A DNA stretch of 64,000 nucleotides from an uncultured archaeon (GTDB taxonomy: Archaea > Thermoproteota > Nitrososphaeria_A > Caldarchaeales > Wolframiiraptoraceae). The translations under genes were made by a program, and so were the position numbers. The stretch lies in assembly GCA_938083505.1 (NCBI GenBank), contig CALKCF010000007.1:46056-110055 (forward strand), given 5' to 3'. The notes beneath the pieces were generated by a model that was given only the letters and a program-made list of their open reading frames with translations, did not search any database and had not been told where the DNA came from. Each line of letters starts with the position of its first letter. The first letter of the stretch is position 1. Shown piece by piece: positions 9,303 to 20,186 of this stretch.

Positions 9303-10316
9303 TTACACTCGGCTCAACTTATCACTGAGCAAACCTTCTAATAAGCTCAAGCACAGCTTAATGGCCTCTTCTGGTGTTGATTTACAATATACCCTTGCGG
9401 CTGTAGCATGACCTCCGCCATGTCCTCCTAGCCTTGCACCAACTACCTGCGCCACATCCTTTCCTAGGTTTATGTTAGTTCTGGCAAAGAAATCTTGCTG
9501 AGACCTCATTGACACCGCAACACCGTCCTTATACTCGCCAGCCACTATTGATATATGACAACCAAGCGATAGGAGAGCCCTAGCGACAGACGTCTGGAAT
9601 GAGCTTACTTGTGATGTTGCTATTAACCACTCGCCAGACCTGTATAGGTTCATTCTAGTAGCTCCCTTCAGACGTGCTATCCTTTCTGAAATATCTATCG
9701 GAACCTCTACCGCTTGTATGCTCTTGGAAGGATTGACGCCCAACTTTATGAGCTCGCAAACTTTACTCATAGTCTCCAAATTTGCAAGCGACAATCTTGC
9801 AGTATCGTAGTATATTCCGAGGAATAGCGCCTCAGCCTCTATCAAGTCAAGCTTTATATTCATAAGCTGGAAAACGTCCATTATGAGTTCGCAAAGTGCG
9901 CGGTAATCCTCGGAAAGGAATGCCAAAAAACCTTGTGGATACCCGCCTTGCGGAGGTGCGTGATGGTCTATGATGTATACTTTACCGCGAGCTTTCATAA
10001 CGTCTTCGATGTATTCGCCTACTTGTTCGAATGAACCGACATCTACTAATATTATGATGTCGACATCACCTATGGGCCCGCTTCTTATTTCGAGCTCGAG
10101 ATAATCCACCATGGCCTTTACTTGTGCTGAAGTCTCATCTGGTATGTGCACGTATACTGCGGTGCAACCTACGACCTCTTCAAGGACCCTCTTAAGAACG
10201 TAGGCGGCACCGACAGCGTCAGCGTCACCACCGACATGTGTTACTATGGCTACAGTTTTACCACTAATTGAGCTAAGGAAGTCGCTAACGTCCTTGGCGA
10301 GTATCCTGTCTTTCAT
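9303..10316 (-). CDS. DHH-family phosphoesterase with DHHA1 domain
   Basis: THxxxDAD, LVD, IDHH, GGGHATAA. Confidence 0.9.
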   Translation of the reverse strand: MKDRILAKDVSDFLSSISGKTVAIVTHVGGDADAVGAAYVLKRVLEEVVGCTAVYVHIPDETSAQVKAMVDYLELEIRSGPIGDVDIIILVDVGSFEQVGEYIEDVMKARGKVYIIDHHAPPQGGYPQGFLAFLSEDYRALCELIMDVFQLMNIKLDLIEAEALFLGIYYDTARLSLANLETMSKVCELIKLGVNPSKSIQAVEVPIDISERIARLKGATRMNLYRSGEWLIATSQVSSFQTSVARALLSLGCHISIVAGEYKDGVAVSMRSQQDFFARTNINLGKDVAQVVGARLGGHGGGHATAARVYCKSTPEEAIKLCLSLLEGLLSDKLSRV

Positions 10317-10672
10317 GACGAAGTCTGCTGGCCAGACATGATTCTTTGTATGTCCTTCTGTACAGATTCTATCTGCGTCCTCATCTTGGCATCCTGCTTC
10401 TCCAAGATTTTAAGCCTCGTCTCCGTCAGCTCCTTTTTTTCCTTTAGCTCAACAATAAGCTTGTCTTTGTTCACTTTTACGAGTATCGGGCCTGCAGCCT
10501 TATACACGACTACATTCTCGTCAGTCTTCTCAAGCTCCTCGAGTGCATTGGTTATTTCAGCAAGCTCCACTTCAAGCCTCTGTCTCTCCGCTAATAGGGC
10601 ATTCAGCGTCTGCTGGAGCTGCTGTAGTCTGAGCAATTGCTGCTGAATACTTGGCGGTATCTCTTTCGACAA
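10313..10672 (-). CDS. pfdB: Prefoldin beta subunit
   Basis: Coiled-coil with VYKAAGPILVK hairpin; conserved superoperon position. Confidence 0.95.
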   Translation of the reverse strand: MSKEIPPSIQQQLLRLQQLQQTLNALLAERQRLEVELAEITNALEELEKTDENVVVYKAAGPILVKVNKDKLIVELKEKKELTETRLKILEKQDAKMRTQIESVQKDIQRIMSGQQTSS

Positions 10673-10742
10673 CCTACCACCCCCACAATAACTTCTAATG
10701 ACCCCGAAATTCTTTTTAAAGCCTCCCTATAAACGTGTTCTA

Positions 10743-11000
10743 TCAGGCCTTACCAGACGCCAGCTCGTAGACTTGCAAGACAGCATCTATCCAACGTAAA
10801 AAGGAGTTAATGCTGGCCCTCATGGCCGTTAGGTCGTTAGCACTCACCTTCAGGTTAAGGGCACAACCTGAGGCCTCTACACCCACTGTTACCCTTTTCG
10901 ACGAAATAGTCTCGGTCTCAATTTTTAGTGCCCGCGCGATAACCTCCGATGTTCTACCTTTCATCGGTATGGATATGCTGACCTTTACATACCTTTCCAT
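10743..11000 (-). CDS. pcc1: KEOPS complex subunit Pcc1
   Basis: AxDLTAMRASINSFLRW motif; likely start ATG at 11000. Confidence 0.88.
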   Translation of the reverse strand: MERYVKVSISIPMKGRTSEVIARALKIETETISSKRVTVGVEASGCALNLKVSANDLTAMRASINSFLRWIDAVLQVYELASGKA

Positions 11001-11005
11001 TCCCG

Positions 11006-11233
11006 TTACTTCTTTGAAACGTATGGTGTGTACGCACCACCCGCGAAAGTGTAACCACACTTTCTACAGCCCCATACGCCAATGAACTTCCGCCTGACAG
11101 CCACCACACCACACTTCGGACACTCATACGTTGCCTTTTGCTGCTGTTCTATTTCCAATAACCTTTTCCTCAGAGTCGCACCGTATCTTGCGCCGAACCG
11201 ATTGACAGAGTTCCCGACTTTCTTACCCAACAC
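11006..11233 (-). CDS. rpl37ae: 50S ribosomal protein L37ae
   Basis: RFGARYG, CPKC...GVWGCRKC, AGGAY. Confidence 0.97.
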   Translation of the reverse strand: MLGKKVGNSVNRFGARYGATLRKRLLEIEQQQKATYECPKCGVVAVRRKFIGVWGCRKCGYTFAGGAYTPYVSKK

Positions 11234-12053
11234 CCACGACCTCCTTAAATTGCGCCCTAATCTTGCTTATCTGTTCTTCTGCGATATTTATTATACTTTC
11301 CATCAACAAAAACGGTATATGTCCTGGAGAGTTCTTCTGTACCGCGACGACGTTGGATGCGCTATCCATACATATCACGATTGATGTATCTAATGAGTTC
11401 TCCTCGGCCAGACAGGGATCTACCAGCAGCTTGTCCTTGATTATGCCTATCGTTAAGGAAAGAGGCACATCCCTGATGGGCACTTTTATGTACTCACCTT
11501 CAACCCTTTCAACTTTCTCGTTGACGAGTGAATAATTAGGTAATGTACAAGTCGCCAGAGCAGCCATTGCAGAGATAACAGATGGGTCGAAATAGTTGCC
11601 ATCATAGTCCAGCACATATATATCTATGTAGAGGACGTAGACCGTCCTTCCTGGAACGATGCAGAGCTTCTCGAGGTCTATCGCCTTTCCTTCACGTATG
11701 CACCTATCCACAACTCTCGCCAGCTCTATGCCCCTCTCATCAGGTGGGCCCGGCTCGAAGCTTTTAGACGCAAGCGGTAGTAGCTCAGCATTGACGGAGA
11801 ATACGCCCTCGTTGGGTCTATCGCCGTACGGTGTACCGAGCTCGACCTTTATCCCCGTAAGTATCCTCGTGCTTCCCATAGAAACTAGAGCTGAGCCGTT
11901 TGCCTTCTCCACGACGTTCGTTTGTATCGTTATCTTCCTGAACTCGTATGGTGACCTCTCATCTATCCTCTTTCCTTGCTGAAGTAGCTTGTACACCCTT
12001 TCACTCATTATCTTTATGGTAAACGACCTCTCCTTAAGAGGAAGGAATGACAT
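11223..12053 (-). CDS. rrp42: Exosome complex subunit Rrp42
   Basis: FEPGPPDE, ELARVVDR, LDYDGN. Confidence 0.96.
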   Translation of the reverse strand: MSFLPLKERSFTIKIMSERVYKLLQQGKRIDERSPYEFRKITIQTNVVEKANGSALVSMGSTRILTGIKVELGTPYGDRPNEGVFSVNAELLPLASKSFEPGPPDERGIELARVVDRCIREGKAIDLEKLCIVPGRTVYVLYIDIYVLDYDGNYFDPSVISAMAALATCTLPNYSLVNEKVERVEGEYIKVPIRDVPLSLTIGIIKDKLLVDPCLAEENSLDTSIVICMDSASNVVAVQKNSPGHIPFLLMESIINIAEEQISKIRAQFKEVVGVG

Positions 12054-12056
12054 AAT

Positions 12057-12791
12057 CTAAACCTCCGTCGTGCTTGCTCCATATTTCCTTCTAATAGCTT
12101 CGCGTTGAGCTTGGTAAATCTTCTGAATGCCTGCCTGGGCTAACTCAAGTCCCTGTTTAAACTCATCTTTCGTCATCTTTCCGTTTAGTTGAAGTAATAC
12201 GATGGTGTTTGAGCTAGGTGTCATGCCAACTGGCATATCAGCCTCCCCATACTTATCCTCTATATCCGATGGGTCTAGGATGATCGTCCCGTCTACCTTA
12301 CCGACAGCCACCGCAGCTATAAGCTCCCTCATCGGTATGCCTGCATCTGCCAAGGCGAGCGATGCAGCCGTAAGTCCGGCAGTCCTTGTGCCACCATCAG
12401 CCTGTACAACTTCCACGAACACATCTATGGCGGACCTTGGGAACTCCTCAAGGAACACAACAGACTCGAGTGCTTCTCTTATGACCTTAGAAAGTTCTAC
12501 TTCCCTTCTCGTCATACCAAGAATTTTTCTCTCATCCGTACTAAAGGAAGTCATGTGATACCTACAATTAAGTATCGCCCTATCTGGTATTGCGAGGTGC
12601 TTCGGATGCGCCTCCTTCGGTCCGTACACTGCCGCGTACACTTTCGTCTTGCCCAGCTCCACGTATGCAGAGCCATCGCTTTTCTCCAGAATACCAACCT
12701 CTATCTTCAGGGATCTTAAATCTGTCGGACCCCTTCCGTCCAACCTTCTGCCGTTTTCGTCGATGAGTTTAGGTTTTGTCGTTTGTGTCAT
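12057..12791 (-). CDS. rrp41: Exosome complex exonuclease Rrp41
   Basis: GRRLDGR, DGSAY, QADGGTR, EADMP; start placed at ATG 12791. Confidence 0.96.
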   Translation of the reverse strand: MTQTTKPKLIDENGRRLDGRGPTDLRSLKIEVGILEKSDGSAYVELGKTKVYAAVYGPKEAHPKHLAIPDRAILNCRYHMTSFSTDERKILGMTRREVELSKVIREALESVVFLEEFPRSAIDVFVEVVQADGGTRTAGLTAASLALADAGIPMRELIAAVAVGKVDGTIILDPSDIEDKYGEADMPVGMTPSSNTIVLLQLNGKMTKDEFKQGLELAQAGIQKIYQAQREAIRRKYGASTTEV

Positions 12792-13467
12792 ATGCGACTT
12801 CACCACCAACTAATCTGCTTACATATGCCATGACCTTATCGGTCAAACCTTGGGAGTGCGTCTCCCTTTCTATAAGCCTTATCGCGGACGCTGCGGCAAA
12901 CTCACTTGTAGGTGAGGGGCCGTTCACTATCACGAAACCATTTGTGCCGACCATTATACTACATCCAGTGATCTTCTTAATCATGTTTATCATGGAACCC
13001 TTCTTCCCTATCAGCCTGGGTACCTTCGTCGGGGTAATAGTTAAGAGCACCCCTTCGGTTATCTTCTTAAATTGTTCATTTAACTCCAGTAAAACTCCTT
13101 TAAGTCCACTGCTTGCCACCCTTGCATAAATCACGTCCCCGATTTTTAGGTTAAGCGATAAAAGCTCCTTTGCGTTCTTAACTTTAAGCAGCGCCGTTAC
13201 GTAGCTCCCAAGCTCAACCTCCACACCTATCGGTTTTATGTCCGATACTATGCCGATGACCATGTCGCCAGCCATTGGTCTATACGGTCCCTTTAACATT
13301 ATGACCTCTACTTTTCCGTCCCTTATTGTTGCTATCCCAACTGTGGATGCGAAAACTTTTCCATTCGTTACGTACGTCCCTTCACCAGCCCTCCTGCTAT
13401 CGTCGGACAGGAGCTGTCCCGGTAGCACGATTTCCCTCTCGTTGAAATAAATAGGCACATGCATCAC
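12769..13467 (-). CDS. rrp4: Exosome RNA-binding subunit Rrp4
   Basis: S1 plus KH domains, [17 protein letters not shown]. Confidence 0.93.
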   Translation of the reverse strand: MMHVPIYFNEREIVLPGQLLSDDSRRAGEGTYVTNGKVFASTVGIATIRDGKVEVIMLKGPYRPMAGDMVIGIVSDIKPIGVEVELGSYVTALLKVKNAKELLSLNLKIGDVIYARVASSGLKGVLLELNEQFKKITEGVLLTITPTKVPRLIGKKGSMINMIKKITGCSIMVGTNGFVIVNGPSPTSEFAAASAIRLIERETHSQGLTDKVMAYVSRLVGGEVAYDTNDKT

Positions 13468-14163
13468 CTACTCAATGGGCCTTGCCTCTGCCCTTCCCGA
13501 GCAGAGTTTGTTTAGCTTTTCTATCAAGTCTGCTTGAAGACCAACCAGTATTTCGACCTCACCAACCCAGCTACCGTCACTTTTATACTCTTCCTTTAAG
13601 ATCTTTCCGACGTTCTTTAAAAGACCGTACGCTTTACCTACAAACTCGCCCGGCACTCTGACGTACATTCTCATCATGCCCATCTTCATCGGAAGTATTG
13701 TGCTTAGTTTCTCTATAACTTTCGTTGCTTGCTCTTTTGCATCAACAAATGGGTCTATTGATACGCCCGCTTGCTCCATAGCCAACTCGATCCTTTGTGG
13801 AGGGTGGGGCAGTCTTGTCCTCGGATCGACCACGTTCTTGGATATGAACTCTATTATTTGTCTCCTCTTTTCATCTATCAATCTATGCCTCTGCTCGGAC
13901 GTTATCTGTAGGGTCCCCTCGCTGAGTATCTTGGCAGCTATGGCCAGTTTGTCCTTTGTCTTAAAAACCTTTAACAGTTGCTCTTCCGATGCCCTTATAC
14001 CCTTCTTCGCGTCGGTGTATATTTCTTCGTATATAAGGACCTTCAAAATGGGTATCTTTTCCCCCATCTTGTATTTGAGTGCACTATCTGGGTCCACGAG
14101 TATTTCGAACGTTTCACCGCGCACTAATCTTGCGATGGTGTATGACTCTTTTTGTTTCGTCAT
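13468..14163 (-). CDS. sdo1: Ribosome maturation factor SBDS/Sdo1
   Basis: FEILVDPD, DPRTRLPHPPQRIE. Confidence 0.96.
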   Translation of the reverse strand: MTKQKESYTIARLVRGETFEILVDPDSALKYKMGEKIPILKVLIYEEIYTDAKKGIRASEEQLLKVFKTKDKLAIAAKILSEGTLQITSEQRHRLIDEKRRQIIEFISKNVVDPRTRLPHPPQRIELAMEQAGVSIDPFVDAKEQATKVIEKLSTILPMKMGMMRMYVRVPGEFVGKAYGLLKNVGKILKEEYKSDGSWVGEVEILVGLQADLIEKLNKLCSGRAEARPIE

Positions 14164-14176
14164 TCTAAAAACCCGG

Positions 14177-14926
14177 TTACTTCAAACCATGAGGTTTGTA
14201 CTTTTCCATCATCTCTTTGACGTACTTCTCAAGCTCCGATAACGGCATGGGCGTGTATTTCCTCGTAGAGGTGGGTATCGTAACGAGCCTGATAGTCCAC
14301 CCCTCATCTATCTTTTCGGCTTGAATTATCAGGGACGCGACGGCCAGTCTTATGGCCTCCTCCAGAGTTATGTCGTTTCTGTAGTTCGCCTCTAAGAACT
14401 CCTTTACTTTATCAGCACCCCTTCCTATGGACCACGAAAAGTACTCCAGAACTAGCCCGCTCGGCTCTGTGTAAAATACATGCGGGCCAGTTTTGTCAAC
14501 ACCGCCGATTAGCAGAGCGGCACCGAACGGTCTCACACCTGCGTGTTGTGTATACATCTGCATTATGTCCCCGATCCTCTTTCCGATAGCCTCTACCGTC
14601 GCCGCATCGTCGTACGATAGTCTTATTATCTGGGCGTATATTCTTGCGTTATCTACCAGAACTCTTGCGTCGGAATTTAGACCCGCGGCCGCTGCTCCTA
14701 TGTGTTCGTCAATCTGGAAGAGCTTCCATGAGTACTCTGGATTCTGGAGCTTTGTATGCATCCTTTCCTCAACCGCTAACACAACACCTTCATTTGATGT
14801 TATGGCGACAACAGTAGATCCAGACCTTACAGTCTCGAGGGCATATTCTACCTGGTACAACCTTCCCTGCGGCGAGAAGACGGTAATTGCCCTGTCATAA
14901 GCCCCTGCTATACCTAACGCTGTCAT
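14177..14926 (-). CDS. psmA: Proteasome alpha subunit
   Basis: YDRAITVFSPQGRLYQVEYA, RPFG. Confidence 0.98.
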   Translation of the reverse strand: MTALGIAGAYDRAITVFSPQGRLYQVEYALETVRSGSTVVAITSNEGVVLAVEERMHTKLQNPEYSWKLFQIDEHIGAAAAGLNSDARVLVDNARIYAQIIRLSYDDAATVEAIGKRIGDIMQMYTQHAGVRPFGAALLIGGVDKTGPHVFYTEPSGLVLEYFSWSIGRGADKVKEFLEANYRNDITLEEAIRLAVASLIIQAEKIDEGWTIRLVTIPTSTRKYTPMPLSELEKYVKEMMEKYKPHGLK

Positions 14927-15059
14927 TCTTATCCCTATCCCCTAACTTCTAAAAATTGGCATTAATTAAATATATCTTTAAATTTAATATTGTATTAAAT
15001 TTTAAATTAAACTAACCAACTACGGGCCGGCCACGCTATATGGCGCGGAGATATCGACA

Positions 15060-15716
15060 TTAATCTTCTTTATTTAGTATTTTTACTTCGCATTTTGCCA
15101 GCTTTTTGAACTGTTTAGCATCCTTTTCTGAACCAACTATCGCGCCGTAGTGCATGGGTATGGCAAGCCTCGGCATCATGGTATTCGCAACAGAGGCAGC
15201 CTCCTCTGCTGTCATAACATACGTTCCGCTTACCGGAACTAGAAGAACATCCACCTTTAATTCCTTCATCTCCGGAATGAAGTCCGAGTCGCCTGTATGG
15301 TATATGTTTATGCCTTTTATTTTCACTATGTAGCCGACACCGCCTGCGTCCTTTGGATGGAACGGCCTTCCAGGTTCTCTGAACTTTGTAGTGTTATATG
15401 CAGGCACCACCTTTATCTTTACACCGTCAACTTCGACCTCGTCTCCGGGCTTCACATACTTTATCTCCTTGGCCTTCACCCTTCCCAACTGGTTTGCACA
15501 AGACCTCGCAGCCATTATAACGCATTTTTCAGAGGATATCTTGTTTATGTCGTCAACACTAAGATGGTCAAAATGTTCATGCGTTATTAATATGATGTCT
15601 GCCATCTCTTCCCCCTTTATCTTGTAAGGATCTATGTAAATGGTTTTGTCATCCTTTAACCTGAATGCATCATGACCAAGCCAACTTATCTTAATACCTT
15701 CAAACTCTATTGGCAC
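15060..15716 (-). CDS. Metallo-beta-lactamase-fold hydrolase
   Basis: WLGH, THEHFDH, YHTGD, PMHYG. Confidence 0.9.
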   Translation of the reverse strand: MPIEFEGIKISWLGHDAFRLKDDKTIYIDPYKIKGEEMADIILITHEHFDHLSVDDINKISSEKCVIMAARSCANQLGRVKAKEIKYVKPGDEVEVDGVKIKVVPAYNTTKFREPGRPFHPKDAGGVGYIVKIKGINIYHTGDSDFIPEMKELKVDVLLVPVSGTYVMTAEEAASVANTMMPRLAIPMHYGAIVGSEKDAKQFKKLAKCEVKILNKED

Positions 15717-15884
15717 ACTGTACCAACCTCAAGTTTACTCTGAAGTTCATACTTAAAAAAGTTATGCCATGTGGCTTTCCCGCAACTCTTATACCTGCAC
15801 ACATCAACCTATATCAATCCTGTTAAACTTCAAACTGATTATGATTATACGCTCATATCTTTCTAAAAGGAAATCTAATGCTCT

Positions 15885-16097
15885 TTAGCCCTCGCCTAAA
15901 CCTTTCCTCTTATACCGTTCTTTACCTAGGCTGAAGATTAAGCCCACACCACCGGCTACGATAAGTGAAGAATAAACTAAAGAAAGTATGATAATTTCAT
16001 ACCACTGAATATTTTGTAAGAACACGAGCAAGGTCGGCAACCCTATGGCGCCGATGACTATCGCGAAGATATATAGAAGCAATAACTTTTTCAGCAT
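15885..16097 (-). CDS. Small two-TM membrane protein
   Basis: Two hydrophobic segments, basic C-tail. Confidence 0.6.
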   Translation of the reverse strand: MLKKLLLLYIFAIVIGAIGLPTLLVFLQNIQWYEIIILSLVYSSLIVAGGVGLIFSLGKERYKRKGLGEG

Positions 16098-16145
16098 GAT
16101 GCGCGTTGGAAGATGATACCCTATAAACTTTTACTAAAAACTGCT

Positions 16146-16814
16146 CTAAAACCTTAGGTTTAGTCTTCTTTTTTCCTGACCGTAACCCCTTATATATGCT
16201 TCCCTAAGCCTCTTCACCTCATCAATATCAAGGGGCTTTGCATAGCCTAAAGAGCTTGCAAGAATGAACGTTCTAGCCTCATCCTCCACCAACAAAGCGG
16301 TTTGAAATGCGTCCTCTAAAGAATCGCCGACAGCGATCACACCATGGTTTCTCAACAGGACAGCCTTTCCTTCGCCCAAATTCTTGACAACCTCCTCTGC
16401 AAACTCTTGTGTGCCGGACATAACGTAACGTGTAACGGGCACTTTATGACCTACGGCAGATGCAAACTCAGATGTCAGCACTGGTATCTCCTGTCCAGTA
16501 ACGGCTAATGCAGTTGCATAATGCGAGTGCGTATGTATGATTGCATTTACATCCTCTCTTACTTTGTAAATCAGGCTGTGCACGGGTACTTCCGAGGAAG
16601 GTCTCCACTTTCCCCTAATGATATTGCCTTGTAGGTCCATCAGAATTATGTCGCTCGGCTTAAGGGCCGACTTGTCGAAGCCACTTGGTGTCATGAGCAC
16701 CATATTCTTACCAAGCCTTGCGCTTATGTTACCCCAAGTACCGGATAAGAGCTTATAATCAAAAGCCCTTTTTCCTACGGCCACTATCTTCCTCCTAAGC
16801 TCTTGCTCTGACAT
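16146..16814 (-). CDS. Class II aldolase/adducin family (L-fuculose-phosphate aldolase-like)
   Basis: GNIS, TPSG, PSSE..H, HTHS, NHG. Confidence 0.9.
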   Translation of the reverse strand: MSEQELRRKIVAVGKRAFDYKLLSGTWGNISARLGKNMVLMTPSGFDKSALKPSDIILMDLQGNIIRGKWRPSSEVPVHSLIYKVREDVNAIIHTHSHYATALAVTGQEIPVLTSEFASAVGHKVPVTRYVMSGTQEFAEEVVKNLGEGKAVLLRNHGVIAVGDSLEDAFQTALLVEDEARTFILASSLGYAKPLDIDEVKRLREAYIRGYGQEKRRLNLRF

Positions 16815-16938
16815 TCTCGCGAATGTTTACTATTTTTAATGTGGACGTAATAAACATTCTCTTACATAAATCAGTATACAGGGGTCTTTTAAGGTTTAAT
16901 GAGGTTCTCAAGACTTAAAAATTGAGGAAGTAAGTGGC

Positions 16939-17131
16939 TTAATCCATCCTTTCCATCTCTTCTGAGATACGTCTCGATAGCCACTCGTTCATGAATTGGC
17001 TGAAAGCTCGGAGGTCTTCTGCGCTCTTCAAACATCTTTTGGACTAGCCTTCGGTGTAGCCCCTCAAGGTACTCAGCGATCTGAAGGCCCACAGTTATTG
17101 TCATCTTAACCTTAGCCGGAGGCATATTCAT
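16939..17131 (-). pseudogene. Small ribbon-helix-helix-like protein, frameshifted
   Basis: KVKMTITV..IAEYL; removing one T near 17004 gives PPSFSQFMNEWLSRRISEEMERMD*. Confidence 0.45.
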
Positions 17132-18093
17132 CAGATGCTTATCCTTGCTATGGCTTTTGAACGTAGTATGTCCATACCTATCCGTCCACTTGCCATGATG
17201 CCGTAGACTTCGTCCTTCATAGTCTCGTAACTGCTTATCGTTAAGTCACGTCTGATGAGTAGCACACCGGCTGCCTTCCTATCTATGACTAATGCTTTGT
17301 TATCTGGAACCGAGCTGCTGTTATCAACTATTAGCTCCAGTCCTAAGAAGTTGCCTAGCACACCCCTCTGCTTATCGATAGTCTCGCCGAAGTAAAAGCT
17401 ATGTATGAACTTGTCATCCTTCCAAAGGTCGGCCTCCCTGGACGTGCTGACCAGTAAGCAATCTGGGTGGAACATCTCCTTCAATACAGCCTTCCTCGCG
17501 TTTACAACGTCCTCGTAACTAAGCCTTCCAGAATTGATAGTCGCTATCTCCGAGTCTCCGGCGAGCTCATCTTCTGGTATCTGTGTGAACATGCTTATGA
17601 CCTCCTCTGTCTCCAGCAGACCGACGGTCCTGCCCAGCTCCGCAGCTCATCTTTCTAACACAACCCATAGTGCATCTTTAAGGAACTTCATCGTCCATTC
17701 TGCCGCTGCCCTTGTCTCTAAGTCAGCTTTAACGTCTTGAACGTCATACCTCTCACCGGTGATCCATACTTGGGCCAGCTCTGCACTTTTGTACGTCCTA
17801 GCCTTCTTCACCTTCAGAAACCTTATGACAGGGTCCGAGGTTCTTATGACCTGAACAAAATGTCTGGCTATCAGGTTGGGCTGAGCCGCCTCGACCACAA
17901 CATCGTGCATCCTCGCTACAGCTTCGAGTATGCTACTCGTTATAGACTCGTAACCGGATGGGAAAAGCTCTGATATACGGGTAAATACGGGGTTTATCGA
18001 GAACTTTGGTAACACTTCGTTGATTTCGTCCCTAATCTTCGGATCGCTGTATAGGGCATCAAACTTTTTTGGTATAACATCCTGCCAGCCCAT
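17131..18093 (-). pseudogene. HK97-like major capsid protein with one in-frame TGA (17647-17649)
   Basis: Two ORFs in one frame: VLER*AAELGRTVGLLETEEV; C-terminal GNFLGLELIVD...GIMASGRIG...RSKAIARI capsid pattern. Confidence 0.75.
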
Positions 18094-18094
18094 A

Positions 18095-18524
18095 TCATTT
18101 CACCACGAGGATTCTACCAACATCTCCAGGAGCTGCGAAGTTATCAAGAGTTATGCCAAGCCTCCTTGCATAGTATATAGTGTATGCATCACTCCCACTT
18201 TCATCTACATTCTGGTCCGTTAGTGGAGGTACGCGTCGTGAAGCGTCCGCACCGTACACCGCCTGGTTTATGCTTATGGCTGCGACAGCCACGACCTTCA
18301 CGATACCAAATACGCATGCTGGTACATAATCACCTTCATAGGTATTCTCCAATGCTATTCCTATACAATTCGTCGAAGCTGTAGCTAGTACTATGGTATC
18401 TTGACCTACTAGGTATACGAGGGTCTCCTTTGGTTATTGTTGCAGTGGCCTTGAAGCTTAACACAACACCCTCATCCCTTGGAGAAATTAAGTCCCTAAC
18501 GTTTAAATCAGGCCACGTATCCAT
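18095..18524 (-). pseudogene. Capsid decoration/cement protein (DUF2190-like), +1 frameshift near 18419
   Basis: Reconstructed SFKATATITKGDP/VYLVGQDTIVLATASTNCIGIALEN..GDYV..VFGIVKV; lies directly before the capsid gene. Confidence 0.65.
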
Positions 18525-18618
18525 TTCCGCTCAAAATAATTTGTACAAATACTTTCCTAAAAATTAGGACATAAATTACGGAACGTAAAAATAATTGTCA
18601 CGTTTTTCACAGACAAAG

Positions 18619-18842
18619 CTAACCCAGACGTTCAGTAACTTCTCTACCTTCTCGGTAAGCTCGTAAACTTTTGCACCAGCCCTTGCTTACCTATAAGTCA
18701 TCATACCTTCGCTTACTGCGTAATCTAGTATACGCTTAAGTCTTTGATAATTAATGCCCAAAAATCGTCCAATTCTGTAAGGTGTCACACCGCCAGCGTT
18801 CGCCAACTCAAGTATTTTTACAAACTACTCTAACTCTCTCAT
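18619..18842 (-). pseudogene. Winged-helix transcriptional regulator (not in ORF track)
   Basis: MRELE*FVKILELANAGGVTPYRIGRFLGINYQRLKRILDYAVSEGMMTYR*ARAGAKVYELTEK/GREVTERLG*; two stops plus one frameshift. Confidence 0.65.
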
Positions 18843-18956
18843 GCCAAATAATTTTCACAAAACTTAGTCATAAATTTTTTACATATATATTCGTTCCATT
18901 TTCATGATATTTTTAGAATGGAATTTTTATCCACGTTAAAATTAACATTTTTTGAA

Positions 18957-20185
18957 ATGTTCCTAGGAAGATTAATCGGAAAGGTATGTATCAGACCAAT
19001 AACAGAATCTGTACAGAATCCAACAATTTACGCAATGTCCGGAACAGTTGGATATCCAATCGTTTCATTTAAGCGATACGTAGATTACTATCTGAGCGAC
19101 CCGCTAATCATGAGTGCAGCAGATTACATAGAGCAGGCAGTCGCAGGCATGGGTGGTTACACGACAGCTGATCTTAACTTTGCGAAGTACAGCGTTGATG
19201 AATTCAATGCAAAAATAAACCTTGACGAGCTCCATCTAAAAATAGCTAAGTGGAAGACGCTATGCGGCAACTTCTTCTTGAAAAAGGTTTACGATGACTA
19301 CCGACGCTGAGACAGTTAGAGACCCTGCTGCTCGCACGGCCGATACTATCGAGCTAAGTGGTAAGGGCTTCACATTTACCAACACCGCACCCTTTGCCGG
19401 TACCATGAGTTCCACGTTCACAGACGTCCTAGATGGAACGATTTTGTGGTACAACCGCTTGCATAGAGGTCAACAGACCAGGCTCTCATCCAGAATCATC
19501 GTCCATTATAGGTGGAACGTGGTTGACGAGCATACTTTCAGCACGAGTTGGCTTACGTCGATGCTCACGAAGGGCGTAGAATTTGTGATAAAGGGCAAGG
19601 TCAGGAAGTGTGAGCCGTTCGTTAAACTGAAAGAGAAGCTTGACGATGCTTTAATGAAACTTGCTATAAAGGTGATACCGCGGCACGTTTACGTGTTTCC
19701 AGCGATGCCCCTCAACTTCCTGAAAGAGGCCCAATCATAGTTAGAGAAACTTGAACCAGAACAGAACTTCTTAACAAACAGCAAAGAGTTTAAGGTAAGG
19801 GAGGTGGGCGTCTCTTCTAGGGCGGTCTTAGAGTTCTTCTGGAAAAATATATTTGACCAATTCATAATGGGAACGCAGACGCATCATGTAAAGCTATTCA
19901 CAACTCCTGAATTTACAGAGGCTTCTGCGAAAGTAGCTGATGCGGCGATGGAAAGGAAGCTCGTGGGGATTAGGAGGTCCATCAAGCGGTAACTAAGCGC
20001 GAGATATTCGACGAAACTGGGGCCTAAAAGAAGGGCCGAAGATAGATATAGAACACCTCATAAAGTTTGCCAAGCTTCTAACACATGGTGTATAAGTCGT
20101 CAGACTTGATGAGTTATGGAAAATGCTGAAGAAGTTCGGATTCATGCTAACCGAAGAGCCTAAGAAAGAGGAGGCAGTGAAGTAG
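18957..20185 (+). pseudogene. Phage portal protein, multiply disrupted
   Basis: DPLIMSAAD..VAGMG..DEFNAKINLD..LCGNFFL; IVHYRWN; FTEASA fragments in shifting frames. Confidence 0.65.
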
Positions 20186-20186
20186 A

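Noticed and set aside
14960-15010. Very AT-rich stretch with AAATTTAATA/TATTAAATTT inverted repeat upstream of psmA as a replication origin
   Set aside because: No ORB-like boxes or cdc6 gene; explained by promoter/terminator composition
16815-16890. Possible att site duplicating the tRNA-Gln 3' end
   Set aside because: No copy of the tRNA T-arm/acceptor sequence seen at the left border
17647-17649. In-frame TGA in the capsid gene as selenocysteine or programmed readthrough
   Set aside because: All neighbouring viral genes carry stops or frameshifts; the Hdr/Mvh positions that are Sec in some methanogens are Cys here
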